NCBI GenBank assembly: GCA_964016885.1
Contig: OZ024751.1
Coordinates: 30,938,001-31,002,000, forward strand
Source: Eledone cirrhosa
Taxonomy: Eukaryota
Reading direction: 5' to 3'
Length of the DNA: 64,000 nt
The position numbers and the translations under genes were made by a program. A model generated the notes under the pieces. The model was not told the origin of the DNA and searched no databases. It worked only from the letters and a program-made list of their open reading frames with translations. Shown one piece after another: positions 1 to 13,495 of this stretch. Position 1 is the stretch's first letter; each line of letters begins with the position of its first letter.

Positions 1-312
1 TTTTTGTTGTGGTACCACTATCATCACCTTACAAGGTTGACCGGGTGTTTTTGTTGTGGTACCACTATCATCACCTTACAAGGTTGACCGGGTGTTTTTG
101 TTGTGGTACCACTATCATCACCTTACAAGGTTGACCGGGGGTTTTTGTTGTGGTACCACTATCATCACCTTACAAGGTTGACTGGGTGTTTTTGTTGTGA
201 TACCACTATCATCACCTTACAAGGTTGACCGGGGGTTTTTGTTGTGGTACCACTATCATCACCTTACATGGTTGACTGGGTGTTTTTGTTGTGGTACCAC
301 TATCATCACCTT
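1..312. repeat. 47-bp minisatellite derived from the RTE 3' UTR subrepeat
   Basis: Unit tttttgttgtggtaccactatcatcaccttacaaggttgaccgggtg, about 6.5 copies in the window. Confidence 0.9.
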
Positions 313-1680
313 ACTGTGTGGACTAGGTGTATTAGTCATGGTACCAGCACATGATTAACTGTTAACTTGTAATAACACTCTTTAATTTCCTTGACATATT
401 TTGCTTTAAACTAATATCAATTCCACTTCACAATTGATGTTTAATATTATAAAGTGTAAATAACTATAATTTGAATATCTAGTCAATCCACTATTCTAAA
501 TTTTACACCTACCATTCCTTCACATACAATTATTACATCTGCCAATGATCATCTGAATCTAACACTTTTGTTACCAACCCAGCTAAAACCGGTTCTGTTT
601 CTATAAAATAAAATCACCCATTTTAAAGAGTTCCAATTAAAATTAAAATCTTTCAACATATATAAGAACCTTACATTAAGTTACTATTTTAGTAATGAAA
701 TGATTAATAAGTTACTATTTTAGTAATGAAATGATTAATAAGTTAAGTAAATCCCTCCAAATTCTTCATTAATTAATTGAAATATAGTATTTCATTAGAA
801 ATGTGGTCATGAAAGGCTAATTACTCTTTTTTTACCTTTGGCAGTGAAACATGGGGCTCTTTTTTTTTTCACATAGACATTGTGTCGAGGTTTGGCTTGA
901 ACTCAAAACCACTGGGTTCAAAACCTACTGCCTTAAAAACTTATTTACCACTGTTCATATAAATAACACAATCCAAGTTAAAAAAAAAAAAATTGAGATC
1001 TACAGAAACTAAAGGCAGAATTGAATTGTGCTACATTGTTTGCTGTATTGTAGTAACAAGTCAGTCACACTTACGACAAATGATGTAATATTACCAAATA
1101 ACTTACCATATATATTCAAATATAAGCCCCCTCCCTACCTTGTGTCTGAAAAATGGGTAAAAATTTCCAAACCCCATTTATAAGGCCATGTGTATCTGTG
1201 TAACTGGTTTAGAATAGGTCCACTGTATCCCAGCATGTCGTATAAGAAGTGACGAAAAGGGTTGGTGACAGGAAGGGCATCTGGCTATAAAAACATTCCC
1301 TCAAAAAGTCCTGTACAACCCATGTTGACATGTAAAAGTCAACATGATGATGATGGTAACATAACCATCATCATCATGACTAGCAAAATATACCTAGGGA
1401 TGCCTACTGTTTGAAAACTTAACAGTAAGGTAAACATTGTAATAAGCCAAGAAATTTTAATTAATTATGAATTTGATGAAATCAAATATGAAAAAATTTG
1501 ATCTTAGCTAACACAGTTGATTGATTTTAGGTTATGATTTGTGAAATAGTTATGTGAGAAGTGATCAATAACTATCAATAGCAACAGCTGGTGGTCAGAC
1601 AACATTCCATGGGAAGTGACTAATTTTTAATTTTTTAGGCAATAACCTTGTATTTATTGAATAAAAGTTATGCAATGATT

Positions 1681-1921
1681 GACAGGAGCTGCTCGATGGA
1701 GTGTTTGAGGACTCAGCCCCCACGACCCTCTCAGGAATAAGGGGACAGGACCTGCTCGATGGAGTGTTTGAGGACTCAGCCCCCACGACCCTCTCAGGAA
1801 TAAGGGGACAGGAGCTGCTCGATGGAGTGTTTGAGGACTCTGTCCCCACGACCCTCTCAGGAATAAGGGGACAGGACCTGCTCGATGGAGTGTTTGAGGA
1901 CTGTCCCCACGACCCTCTCAG
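1681..1921. repeat. 63-bp tandem repeat, about 4 copies
   Basis: Unit gacaggagctgctcgatggagtgtttgaggactcagcccccacgaccctctcaggaataaggg. Confidence 0.95.
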
Positions 1922-2069
1922 CAATAAGTGGATATATTAAAAAAAACAAAAACTAAATTAAGTAATGGAAAAAAAAAGAGGAATAGGTAAAGAAGGGCAG
2001 ATTTGGCTGTATAGGAAAACAAAGGAAAGAACTATAAATGTCATAAATGAGAGGAAAATGAGGAAAGAG

Positions 2070-2315
2070 CAAGGACTAGTAGACAACAGGTATTTCCATG
2101 GACAATGGCCAGTGACACCTGCTGCAACAGCCACCCCACCTTGCAGGGCCTTTTCTTCAGACAGGCTACTGTAATTTTGATTTTATAGAAGAGGGCAGTG
2201 GATGGACAAGCCCAGGCATTTGCTTGTCTTCCTGACCTCTGCATTGCAGGCTGTGGTACTGAGGTTTGTAGCCAAAGCAACTACGTTGGAGACAGAACGC
2301 GTCACAGAATCAGAT
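2070..2315 (-). mobile_element. CRE-clade RLE 3' fragment
   Basis: Two frames give ACNAEVRKTSK and GWLLQQVSLAIVHGNTCCLL, homologous to the 50566 and 36760 remnants. Confidence 0.6.
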
Positions 2316-2799
2316 AAAATATATTTTGTAAAATTTGCAATGCTGTTGTTCAGCCCAAGGTCAGGCCTACATAGATGGTAGTTGTTGTTGTTCAGCCCAA
2401 GGTCAGGCCTACATAGATGGTAGTTGTTGTTGTTCAGCCAAAGGTCAAGCCTGATCCCATAAACCTATAATACATTCAAGGTGGTGGTTGTTGTTGTTGG
2501 TATGGACATGTGATGCATATGGATGATGATCGCAGTCTCCTCTTTTGCACACTACAATCTATCCCTCTCAGACACAGTTTCTCTCTCAACACATCCAGTG
2601 GAAGGAAGCTACAGTAGAGGTTGATCAAGAAAGACCTGGGCAGAGATGGTGAGAGCTGATCTCAAATTGCTGAGGCTCACAGAGATAACGTTAAACGATG
2701 ATGATGATGATACCTATATTCTACTAACACATTGAGTACCCTTTTTGACAGTAGTTGTCTCTCAATTTACACCAGGGTCCTACATATTATATATAATTC

Positions 2800-3200
2800 T
2801 TTCTTTCTAAATTTGGCACAAGGCTAGCAACTTTAAGGAAAGGAAAGTTGATTATATCGACCCTAGTAATTAACTGGTACTTTATTCATCAAACCCAAAG
2901 GATGAATGGCAAAGCTAATCTCAGCAGGATTTGAACTCAGAACATAAAAAGCCAGAACAAGTACTGCAAAGTTCTCTAATGACAAATAATAATAATAACG
3001 GTTTCTGATTTAGGCACAAGGCCAGCAATTTTGGGGGCTGGGGAAAATCAATTAAATCAACCTCAGTGCGTTACTGGTACTTTATTATATCAACCCCATA
3101 AGGATGATAGGTAAAGCTAACCTCGGCGAGATTTGAACTCAGAATGTAAAAAGCCAGAATAAATACTGCAAAGTACTCTAATGACAAATAATAATAATAA
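2800..3200 (-). mobile_element. Two tandem tRNA-derived SINEs (Meta-domain-like)
   Basis: Minus strand GAGTTCAAATC B-box, then CATCCTT..GGGTTGAT..AATAAAGTACCAGT and an (AAT)n tail. Confidence 0.8.
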
Positions 3201-3399
3201 TAATTGTTTAATAATAATAATAGTTGCAATTTAGTTTTTTATTATTTTTATTTCATTGAATATCATACATTGCTTTTGTGTAAAAATATAAACATTATAT
3301 ACACATCTATATAAAATCAATGTTGTGCTTACTATTTATTAGTTAGATTAGTTTAAATTATTAGTTATAAAAATATGTGACTGATTAGATTATTTCCAA

Positions 3400-3735
3400 T
3401 AAAGTACCAGTCAAGTACTGGGGTCAATTTAATCAACGTTTCCATCCCCAAAATTACTGGCCTTGTGCCTAAAGTAGAAATCCTCATTATAACTATTAGG
3501 ATAGTAGATTTGACAGAATTGTTAGAGCAATGGACAAAATGCTTTGCAGCATTTAGTTACATCCCTTTACGTTCAGAGTTCTAATCTCGCCAAAGTCAAC
3601 TTTGCCGTTGTATCCTTCTTGGAGGGAGGAGTTTGAAACAAAAAAGTATCAGTAAAGTACTAGGATTGTTATAATCAACTTTTGCCTCCTCGTAATATGT
3701 CTAAATTAGAAATCAAAATGATAATAATAATAATG
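3400..3735 (+). mobile_element. Meta-domain-like SINE copies
   Basis: Same family: GAGTTCTAATCTCGCC..CTTTGCC..AAAGTA.CAGT, (AAT)n tail. Confidence 0.7.
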
Positions 3736-3839
3736 GTTTCTAACAAATGCACAAGGCCAATAATAATAATGATAATTTCGAAAGAAATGTTATAAAAACA
3801 GTTAACAATAGTAAAAAAAATATCATTTCAATTATTTAA

Positions 3840-4037
3840 CCCTTTAATGTTCAAACCGGCCAGAATTCTCTACCTCTTTCTGTTGAAACTGGCTGTAACT
3901 GGCCACTCAAACTGATGTTAAGGTATTGTTCTCAGAATAATACTTTCAAAATCTCATAGATTCGATATTATGTGAGGTAAAACCGTTACCATGAAAATAT
4001 AATAGTATATATATAGAGTAATGTGAATACTAAAGGG
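3840..4037. mobile_element. piggyBac-type MITE, same family as 7537
   Basis: TTAA-CCCTTTA...TAAAGGG-TTAA, internally homologous to 7537-7742. Confidence 0.85.
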
Positions 4038-4621
4038 TTAAGATTGTAGTTTTAGATATTTCTCGAGAAAAAGTCAGTTTCTGTCTACAGGAATGGACAA
4101 AATTATTTCAAACAATTCACTCATAGATATTGTATTTAACTATCTCTGAGAAGAATTTTAATTTAGAAGCTTGGGCTGGAGATGATGGGGATGGGAGTAA
4201 TGTTAATCCTTATATAATCCTAAGAATCCATAGGTAGGACTGGTGTTATCAATTTTACCATTGATAACTAGGATTATAAAAATTAAATGATCAATATTTC
4301 TTTACAAGTCCAAGTGAAAAATATCCCTGATAAATAATTTTAATTTCTTTAACAGGAACTTGTCATAGCTTGTTTGATACAAAACTACATCTTACATTTT
4401 AAAGTCTTAATGGATTTAACTATTTACAGTTTTCACCAATAATGCTGTTGGTACAGCAACAATGTTGTTAGTATTTCATATAGTACAGATATGAGTATCC
4501 CAACGAAACAAGGTTTTAAAATTTTTGTTTTTGTTGAAGAATGGCATCATATTAGATTTTGTTAAATATTCAAAAGAACTGAAGAGTCAGATCTGTCAAT
4601 TAGTTAGATATATAAAACATT

Positions 4622-5031
4622 CAACCCACTGTAAAGTGGTAGTGTAGGTGTCACAGCAAAAAGCACCCAGCCCACACTGTAAAGTGGTAGTGGAGGTGTC
4701 ACAACAAAAAGCACCCAGCCCACACTGTAAAGTGGTAGTGTAGGTGTCACAGCAAAAAGCACCCAGCCCACACTGTAAAGTGGTAGTGTAGGTGTCACAA
4801 CCAAAAGCACCCAGCCCACACTGTAAAGTAGTTGTGTAGGAGACTCAGTAAAAAACACCCAGCCCACACTGTAAAGTGGTTGGCATTAGGAAGGGCATCC
4901 AGCAGTAGAAATCTAGTCAGAAAGACCTATATGAGCAAGACATGGTCACCCGACCCAACTTGCCTTTAATGGGACAAGCCCATCTAACCCATGCTAGCAT
5001 GGAAAATAGACATTATACGCTGATGATGATG
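4622..5031 (+). repeat. RTE 3' UTR with amplified 46-bp subrepeat and (GAT)n tail
   Basis: cacccagcccacactgtaaagtggt.. about 5 times, then ttaggaagggcatccagc.. Confidence 0.85.
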
Positions 5032-5128
5032 AGATCTATCAGTTAGATATATCGATATTTTCATGGTTCATTGAACCTTTTGAAACAATCATAAAACACT
5101 GAAATAATGTCATTGTTCAGGCTATTAT

Positions 5129-5580
5129 ATCATCATCATCATCATTTTACGTCCGCTATTCTCTGCTTGCAAGGGTGGGACGGGTCCTATTCAGCACAGC
5201 ATCTCTCCACTTGTCACGGTCCTTCGTCATCTCCACTGTGAGCTTCATCGATCTGGGGTCTGCTCTCACCACCTCCGCCCATGTTTTTCGAGGTCTACCT
5301 CACCACGTCTTCCTTCAACTGGCATTTCCTGGCACTTCTTCACCCATCGGTCATCCTTCATGCGCATCACATGCTCATACCATCGCAGTCTCCTCTTTCA
5401 CACACTACAATCTATCCCTCTCAGAGAGTTTCTCTCTCAACACATCCATGCTCGGTCGTTCACGCACATTGACATTGCACATCCAACGGAGCATGCTAGC
5501 CTCATTTCTCTCCAGCCGTCAAATATCCTCTGTAGTTGCTGCCCATGTCTCACTACCATGCAGCATCGCGCTCCTCACAC
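5129..5580 (-). mobile_element. RTE LINE 3' fragment (short-UTR family)
   Basis: Homologous to 44190-44646. MLHGSETW and RLRWY motifs on minus, (CAT)n tail. Confidence 0.9.
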
Positions 5581-6003
5581 AATCCTTTACAGAGTGTACT
5601 GGGTGTATTTTATTCTGACATCATCACTAGAGAGGCTGTCAAATCCTCTCTACCCTCTGCCCCCCACCCATATTGTTTCAATTTGTTCACCACTGCTTTC
5701 CAGCAGAGTCCCGACCCTGTTCCATCAGAGATTGCAGGATAATCATGTATGTATATGTGTATGTGCCAGTTATCAGAAACATCATATTGGCACTGTTTAT
5801 AAAGAAGCCTGTGGTAACAGTTGTTTACGTCTGTCATAAATAATACACAATGCAGCAGAGTAGCAAAGATTCAAGCAAGATGTCAGTAGCATACACCATC
5901 TCTTTAAATTCAGGCAAGCATTGTAAAATAGACATGACTAAAATGATTATGGTAACATGATTTCAACAGCAAAAGTTCATTTTTTTTATAAACTTTTGCA
6001 TCA

Positions 6004-6175
6004 TCATGATATTAAAAATAAAAAGGAATTCCAAAATAAATTAACAATTAGTGTATGCATTACACTACTGGCTTTCTTCTTCACTTCTTGTCTTTCAGTG
6101 CTCTTTTCAAATCTATCAGCCAATCTTCTCAACTCTCTTCCAAGAGCGAGTGCATTTTCATTTTTGGTGATCATT
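6004..6175 (-). CDS. Terminal coding exon of a candidate BH3-only protein: BH3 motif plus hydrophobic C-terminal tail
   Basis: Polypyrimidine acceptor ttttcttttttag|A ATG. Encodes MITKNENALALGRELRRLADRFEKSTERQEVKKKASSVMHTLIVNLFWNSFLFLIS*. LGRELRRLADRF fits the BH3 consensus (compare BAD YGRELRRMSDEF). Confidence 0.8.
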
Positions 6176-7536
6176 CTAAAAAAGAAAAGCAAAAAAAAAT
6201 GAAGGAAAGATTAAAAAGGAAAAGACTAAAGCAAAACAACAAATCCAAATTCCAAGTTAATTAATAGACTAAACAACAAATAATTAGTGGTCATCATAAG
6301 AGATGGGATAGAATATTGTGGCTTGTTTTGGTGAAGGACACATTAGATAATGTACTCCTAGATAGCTTTAAAAAGATGATAGTTTTGATCATAGGTCATC
6401 TCAATCAGGGATGATCTGGGAGCTAAACAACAATAACCTGATAAACCAGATTACTAAAAGCAAAAAGTTACAGAATTTTCAGTGACAAATATTTTTAAAA
6501 AACCAGGTTGCAAATGGCAAAATTTCTTCATAATATTTCCCATCCGGAGTTCAAATCCCACCAAGTTCAACTTTGCCTTCTATCCTTCTAGGGTCAATAA
6601 AATACATGATACAATAGAGATGATATAATAGTATATTAAATATCAAATGATATATATTATCTATAAATATAGTAAAATAAAAAAATATATATTTTATTTA
6701 TACATATCTATAAATTAACGATTTTACTTATATATTATTTGCAATTCTATTGTAGGCAGGTCTCTCTGGAAATAGGGTTGGGGGTGAGGGTATTATGTGG
6801 CCATGAAGGGTGGTGGCCCAAAAAGTTTGAGAACCTCTATCTTAAAGCAAAAAACCATGAAAGCTTTAAATTTGCTAACAACAGGTGAGGAAGATAAATT
6901 ACAGCTGTGGAGTAGACAGACATACAAAGTAGAATTCCAAAGCTATGAACTTCAGGTAATATCTTAGTCAGCAGGTAACTAATGTTACTGCACTATACAA
7001 ATGACAATCAAACTGTTAGTACTGCAAGACAGAAATAGTACTGTTAGACAGAATTAGGATCAAAGCTGCTTCAATTGGAAGAAGGAAGCACATGTAGTAA
7101 GTGACAGAGATATAGATAGACAGATAGATAGATGGACACATAAAGAGATAAATATATGGGTAGATAAATAGACAGATAGATAGATATAGATAAATAGATA
7201 GAGACAAAGAAAATATAGATAGATAAATAGAAAGATAGACAGATAAGGAGAGAAATAAATAGATATATAGATATGTAGGGAAATAGATGGACAGACAGAC
7301 AGAGAGAATTAAATAGATAGAAAGAGGGAGAAAGCAGTCAAAAGTGAGAGCTACATAAATGTGTTTAGCTTGAGAGAAGCATGACTCAGAGGGTTTTCCT
7401 CATATATATTTATTCTTAAATTCCTGCCTGACCCGACGTCATACAATTTATAGAAGAAAGCCAAACTGATATGTAAATAAATGAGACTAAAATATTCTAC
7501 TAAGTACAGTGTTGCTGTGATTGTGAGTTACTTTAA

Positions 7537-7742
7537 CCCTTTAGCATTTCAACTGGCCATATCCGGCCAGAATTCACTCACCTCTTCCGTTCAAACTGGC
7601 TGTAACCAGCTGCTCATACTGATGTTAAGGTATTATTCTCAAAATGAATAATACCAAAATCTCATAAATTCGATATTAAGTGAGGTAAAGCATTTGCATG
7701 AAAATACAATAGTATATATAGAGTAATGTAAATGCTAAAGGG
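7537..7742. mobile_element. piggyBac-type MITE
   Basis: TTAA duplication and TIR CCCTTTAGCATTT. Confidence 0.85.
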
Positions 7743-10636
7743 TTAAGATATTGTCTCCCCACCACCCCACCAAAGATTTTCATGAAGGGTAGCAACAAGA
7801 ATAACAACAAAGATATGGTGGTGTACTAATCCAAATTTACTTAGGGAACTGGACACTATAAAAATATTATGATGATGATCTTCAACCTCTTATTCCTGAG
7901 AGGGTTGTGGGCAAACAAGAGTCCTAAGACAAGAGTCCTAAGACACCTTTCAGAGGGTCCTATCAGAAACATGTATCACCAAAAGACCAGCCAAGCTCAT
8001 GTATGTTATCCAACCATCATGCTCAAGGTCTACCCCTGGGTCTCCTGCTGGTTGGTTTTGCCCATAAAATCTGTCCAGCAATTCTTTCCTAAGACATTCT
8101 AACTACATATCTGTAATATTTAACATCTAGAATTTGTAGGGAGTTCTATCTGACTAAAATATTAGCACCTTACAGAAAGTGTCTTCTACTACAGCTTCGA
8201 GTTGATTATTACCTTGTGAGTGTAATTTGTTAGGTGGAAACTACAGCAGCCCATCATATGTGTATATGTGTGTCTGTGTTTATGTCACAAAGTAGTTCAA
8301 CACAAAGAAATTGCTAAAATAAACATCAAAGGGAGTCCCAACATGGCGCAGTCTGATAAAAAAAAATTTGTGTAAAACAGTCAAATTAAAGTGAAAAGAA
8401 ATGAAATGGGAAGTTAACAGGATATGTATTTATAGCAAATGAATGCTACATATTTGTGACAATAGAAACATTGCATAACACCTGGGAATATGTGATTTTA
8501 TTGGTCTAACTGGACGTCATTGAAAGATATGATGGACCTTGAGAGTGAATGCTTTGTTAATATGAAAAAACATGACGGAGAAGACATTTTGTTGGCTGGG
8601 TGTGGTCATAGTTTATACGATTGGTTAAGTTGTTTGGATTAGAACAAGACAAAATTAAAACAGCTTCTCACTTCACATTCAACAAAGTCTGACTAAATAA
8701 ATTACATTTCAGCCATTATAACAAGAAAACTATCTTGACATTTCAGACTTTAGTCCTTCATAAGATAGAATGAAAAATAATAGAAAAATTCTCGAGGAAG
8801 ATATTTATTTGTGTGTTTAAATGTTTTCACTTTTTAACTATTCATGCTTATGGAAGTAAATCTAATCCACATGCCACCACGATAAATGAAACCTAAGGGT
8901 CAGTCTGTCTCATGGTCCCAGCCAACAGGATGGAGAAGACATTGTCCCAGAGGACAGCGAGGGATACGAGCTGGCATCCAACTCTTATATAACATAATTT
9001 GTAAGGGTGTCCTGTCTGACAAAAACATGGTGGTTTACAACAAAAGCTATCTTATATAACATCTAGAATTTGCAAGGAGTCCTGTCTGGCTAAAATATTC
9101 AATGAATGCTGATATCATTTCAAATGTCTCAACTGATTGTTTTCTTAAAGCAGACTTCTAAACTATTATTTATTTTTTAATTATAGCATTAGATTACTCA
9201 ACTGTGAAGGCTAGTCACATTCATGTTAGCTTATCTAACAAGGAACACAAATATATTTGACATCGCTGACATACATTGAAGAAAAGTGATATGTTGAAAA
9301 TATTTCTCCAGAATTAACACACGGATATAGGTATATATATATATATATATGCCCCCACACCCTCCCACTGCAAAGTGGTCGTGGAGGTGCCACGGCAAAA
9401 AAGCACCCAGCCCACACTGTAAAGTGGACGTGTAGGCGCCACAGAAAAAAGCACCCAGTAAATGAGGTTGGTGTTAGGAAGGGCATCCAGCTGTAGAAAT
9501 CAAGCCAAAATCAGTTCCTGTATGAGCAAGGCATGGTCAGCCGACCAGTCTGCTCACAACAGGACAACCCGTCTAACCCATGCTAGCATGGAAGAACGGA
9601 CGTAAAACGATGATGATGATATATATATATCATTGCATCATCATTATTTTATATTCACTTTTTGGTGTTGGCATGGGTTGGATGGGACTTATTGAGGCAA
9701 TGTTTTACAACCAGATGCACTTCCAGACACAAACCCCTTTAGTTGCTTCTTACAACATGCAGGGATACTATGTACCTTATTCTAAACCAGGCATTACATA
9801 ATACTTTATTGGCTTTTTTTAAATAAACCCTAATTTTATTTTGTTAAAAACAATATACTTTCTTTTAAAGCAGTGTCATTAATATGAAGTATATAGTCAC
9901 CACTATTATATATCCTGGTTGCATTATAATTACAGAGATGTGGTGGGGTGGCAACTGGTTTGTAATATAAGCCGTGTTAGAATTTTCTAGATTTTGCTTC
10001 CTTTTGTGTTGAACTTATTCAGGTCATCTAGTTTTATCTCAGGTGTGTTTGCTATCAAGCCCAGTAATACAAACCTATATTATTTCATCATATAGAAGTT
10101 ATGATCACTATCTAGCCCAATAGTATATACCTATATTATTTTATCACATAGGAACTATGGTTACTATCTAGCCCAGTAGTATATACTTATATTATTTCAT
10201 ATACCTATATCTTATCTCTTCATATAGGAATTTTAACCAATGTACATTTATTTTGTGCTTCATACGTTTTTTTTTTGTTTAAATCTTATTCAACCAATGT
10301 ATCACAAAATAATTTACAAAGTGAAAGTTGCTTATTGCAATCATAGGGAATCAATCAACAAGATTCCAGACGTCACTCCTTTACCGAGTAAGGAGGAGCT
10401 CTTCAAATCAGATCAAGGAAACGATGTTTGATACTATCAACTGGCAATACTCTAAACTAAATATTGTTATCAAAACCAGTGGGCCACAACCACTTTATTT
10501 GCGTAATGTGTATGTGTGTGATAGGAAGGGCATCCAGCTGTAGAAAGCTTGCCAAACAAAGGGTTGGAAGGAACCATTTGTACACCATCTCTTATTATTA
10601 CAGTTATTATTATTTTTGCTAGATATATATATATAT

Positions 10637-11325
10637 ATGAAAGGCAGACTGTATGATGCGTGTATACGAACAGAAATGTTACATGGTAGTGAGACCTGGG
10701 CGCTGAAGGTGGAAGACTTACGTAGATTAGAGAGAAACGAAGCCTGCATGCTCCGATGGATGTGTAATAGTAAACGGCAAAGCATAAATGAATTGAGAGA
10801 GAGACTGAGCATAAGAGGAATCAAATGCTGTGTGTAGGAGAGGCGGTTGCATTGGTATGGACATGTGATGCGTATGAAGGATGACAGCTGCATAAAAAGG
10901 TACAGAACACTAGAAGTCAATGGAAACCGCAGAATGGGGAGACCTGGGATGAGGTGATAAAAGCCGACCTTACCCAATTACACCTCTCAAAGGTGATGAC
11001 ACACGACCGTGACCTCTGGCGTCACGGAGTAATACAGAAGACCCGACCCCCCACGGGTACAAGCCGAAGCTGAAGCATATAGACAATATGCCCCCACACC
11101 CTCCCACTGCAAAGTGGTCGTGGAGGTGCCACGGCAAAAAAGCACCCAGCCCACACTGTAAATGAGGTTGGTGTTAGGAAGGGCATCCAGCTGTAGAAAT
11201 CAAGCCAGAATCAGTTCCCGTATGAGCAAGACAAGGTCAGCCGACCGGACACTGCCCACAACAGGACAACTCGTCTAACCCATGCTAGCGTGGAAGAACA
11301 GACGTAAAACGGTGATGATGATGAT
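10637..11325 (+). mobile_element. RTE LINE 3' fragment (long-UTR family)
   Basis: MKGRLYDACIRTEMLHGSETW..., 3' UTR with 46-47 bp subrepeat, (GAT)n tail. Confidence 0.92.
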
Positions 11326-11869
11326 ATGGGTGGATGTGCTGCTGCACACTAGTGTGCATACCAATGTACACCAGTGTATGTCTATCTGCGACCAACTGAC
11401 TATAGGAACTCCTGGATGCTGATGATAAAAGTCTTATATTAAGATTCAGGGAAGAATTAGAGCAGACAGGAAATTGGTACTGGGAACTGAAAGGCCTTGG
11501 AATAAAATTAACAGAAACCCAAGTCTTAGAAATTAAGGAAGATAGGATCCTGCTACCATCAGGGAAATGGTTGTGCTTGATATACAGAATAGTAGTATTT
11601 GGAAATTCCATACAGTGTACCCCATGTGTACAATGGATGCACAAGAGATTTACTTGGGTCACATACAGGCTGAGAAAGGAGGTAGGCTTTATCTAGTCAT
11701 GACATCCCTACTGCTGGTAAAATACACTCAGTAGAGTACAGGATCATATGTAAACTAGAAAGAATTGAAGAAATTAAAGGGAAAAGGACATAAAAGAAAA
11801 CAAATAAGAAATAGTGTAAGTTTACAGAGTTTGAGTCATAGTAAAGACAGTGGAGTCAATGAAGGTAAC

Positions 11870-13007
11870 AACTGCTATACTATTACATACAAGCTGTCAT
11901 AGTGAGGAGAATGGTGGTACCAATGTGACATAGGTAACAGTTCCTATACTATTACATACCAGCTGTTATACTATTACATACTAACTACTATACTATTACA
12001 TACCAGCTACTATACTATTACATACCAGCTACTATACTATTACATACCAGCTACTATACTATTACATACCAGCTACTATACTATTACATACCAGCTACTA
12101 TACTAATACATACCAGCTACTATACTAATATATACCAGCTACTATACTAATATATACCAGCTACTATACTATTACATACCAGCTACTATACTATTACATA
12201 CCAGCTACTATACTATTACATACCAGCTACTATACTATTACATAGCAGCTACTATACTATTACATAGCAGCTACTATACTATTACATACCAACTATTATA
12301 CTATTACATACCAGCTACTATACTATTACATACCAGCTACTATACTATTACATACCAACTATTATACTATTACATACCAACTACTATACTATTACATACC
12401 AACTACTATACTATTACATACCAACTATTATACTATTACATACCAACTATTATACTATTACATACCAACTACTATACTATTACATACCAACTACTATACT
12501 ATTACATACCAACTACTATACTATTACATACCAACTACTATACTATTACATACCAACTACTATACTATTACATACCAACTATTATACTATTACATACCAA
12601 CTACTATACTATTACATACCAGCTACTATACTATTTGATACCATCTACTATACTATTATATACCAACTACTATACTATTATATACCATCCACTACACTAT
12701 TATATACCATCCACTACACTATTATATACCATCCACTACACTATTATATACTATCTACTATATTATATACCATCCACTACACTATTATATACCATCCACT
12801 ACACTATTATATACTATCTACTATATTATTATATATCAACTACTATACTATTATATATCAACTACTATACTATTATATATCAACTACTATACTATTATAT
12901 ACCAACTACTATACTATTATATACCAACTACTATACTATTATATACCAACTACTATACTATTATATACCAACTACTATACTATTATATACCAACTACTAT
13001 ACTATTG
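11870..13007. repeat. 22-bp minisatellite
   Basis: Unit tatactattacatacca(g/a)ctac, with gradual drift along the array. Confidence 0.95.
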
Positions 13008-13099
13008 TACTAGCTGAGATAACTTTAAAAGCACGTAAACTAGCAACAATTTCCTAACTTAACAGATGTGAAATCGAACAATTTAAAGTAAAAGGTGCT

Positions 13100-13495
13100 G
13101 TGGTAGTGATAGTTGTGGTGGTATTGATGTTGGTTGTAGTGATGGTGTTGTTGGTTGTGGTTGTGATGGTGGTGTTGTTGGTTGTGGTGGTGGTGTTGGT
13201 TGTGGTGGTGGTGATTGTGGTGGTGTTGGTTGTGGTGATGGTGTTGTTGTTGGTTGTGGTGATGGTGTTGTTGTTGGTTGTGGTGGTGGTGTTGTTGTTG
13301 GTTGTGGTGGTGGTGATGGTGTTGTTGTTGGTTGTGGTGATGGTGATTGTGGTGGTGTTGGTTGTGGTGATGGTGTTGTTGGTTGTGGTGATGGTGATTG
13401 TGGTGGTGATGGTGATTGTGGTGTTGTTGGTTGTGGTGTTGTTGGTTGTGGTGAAGTTGGTTGAGGTGGTGTTGGTAGTTGTGATAATGGTAGTG
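13100..13495. repeat. (GTT/GGT/GAT)n low-complexity tract
   Basis: Trinucleotide-based, open in several frames. Confidence 0.95.

Noticed and set aside
10240-10500. Possible extra exon of the BH3 gene
   Set aside because: The phase-compatible minus frame hits TGA before a donor, and the plus-strand ORFs have no recognisable motif.
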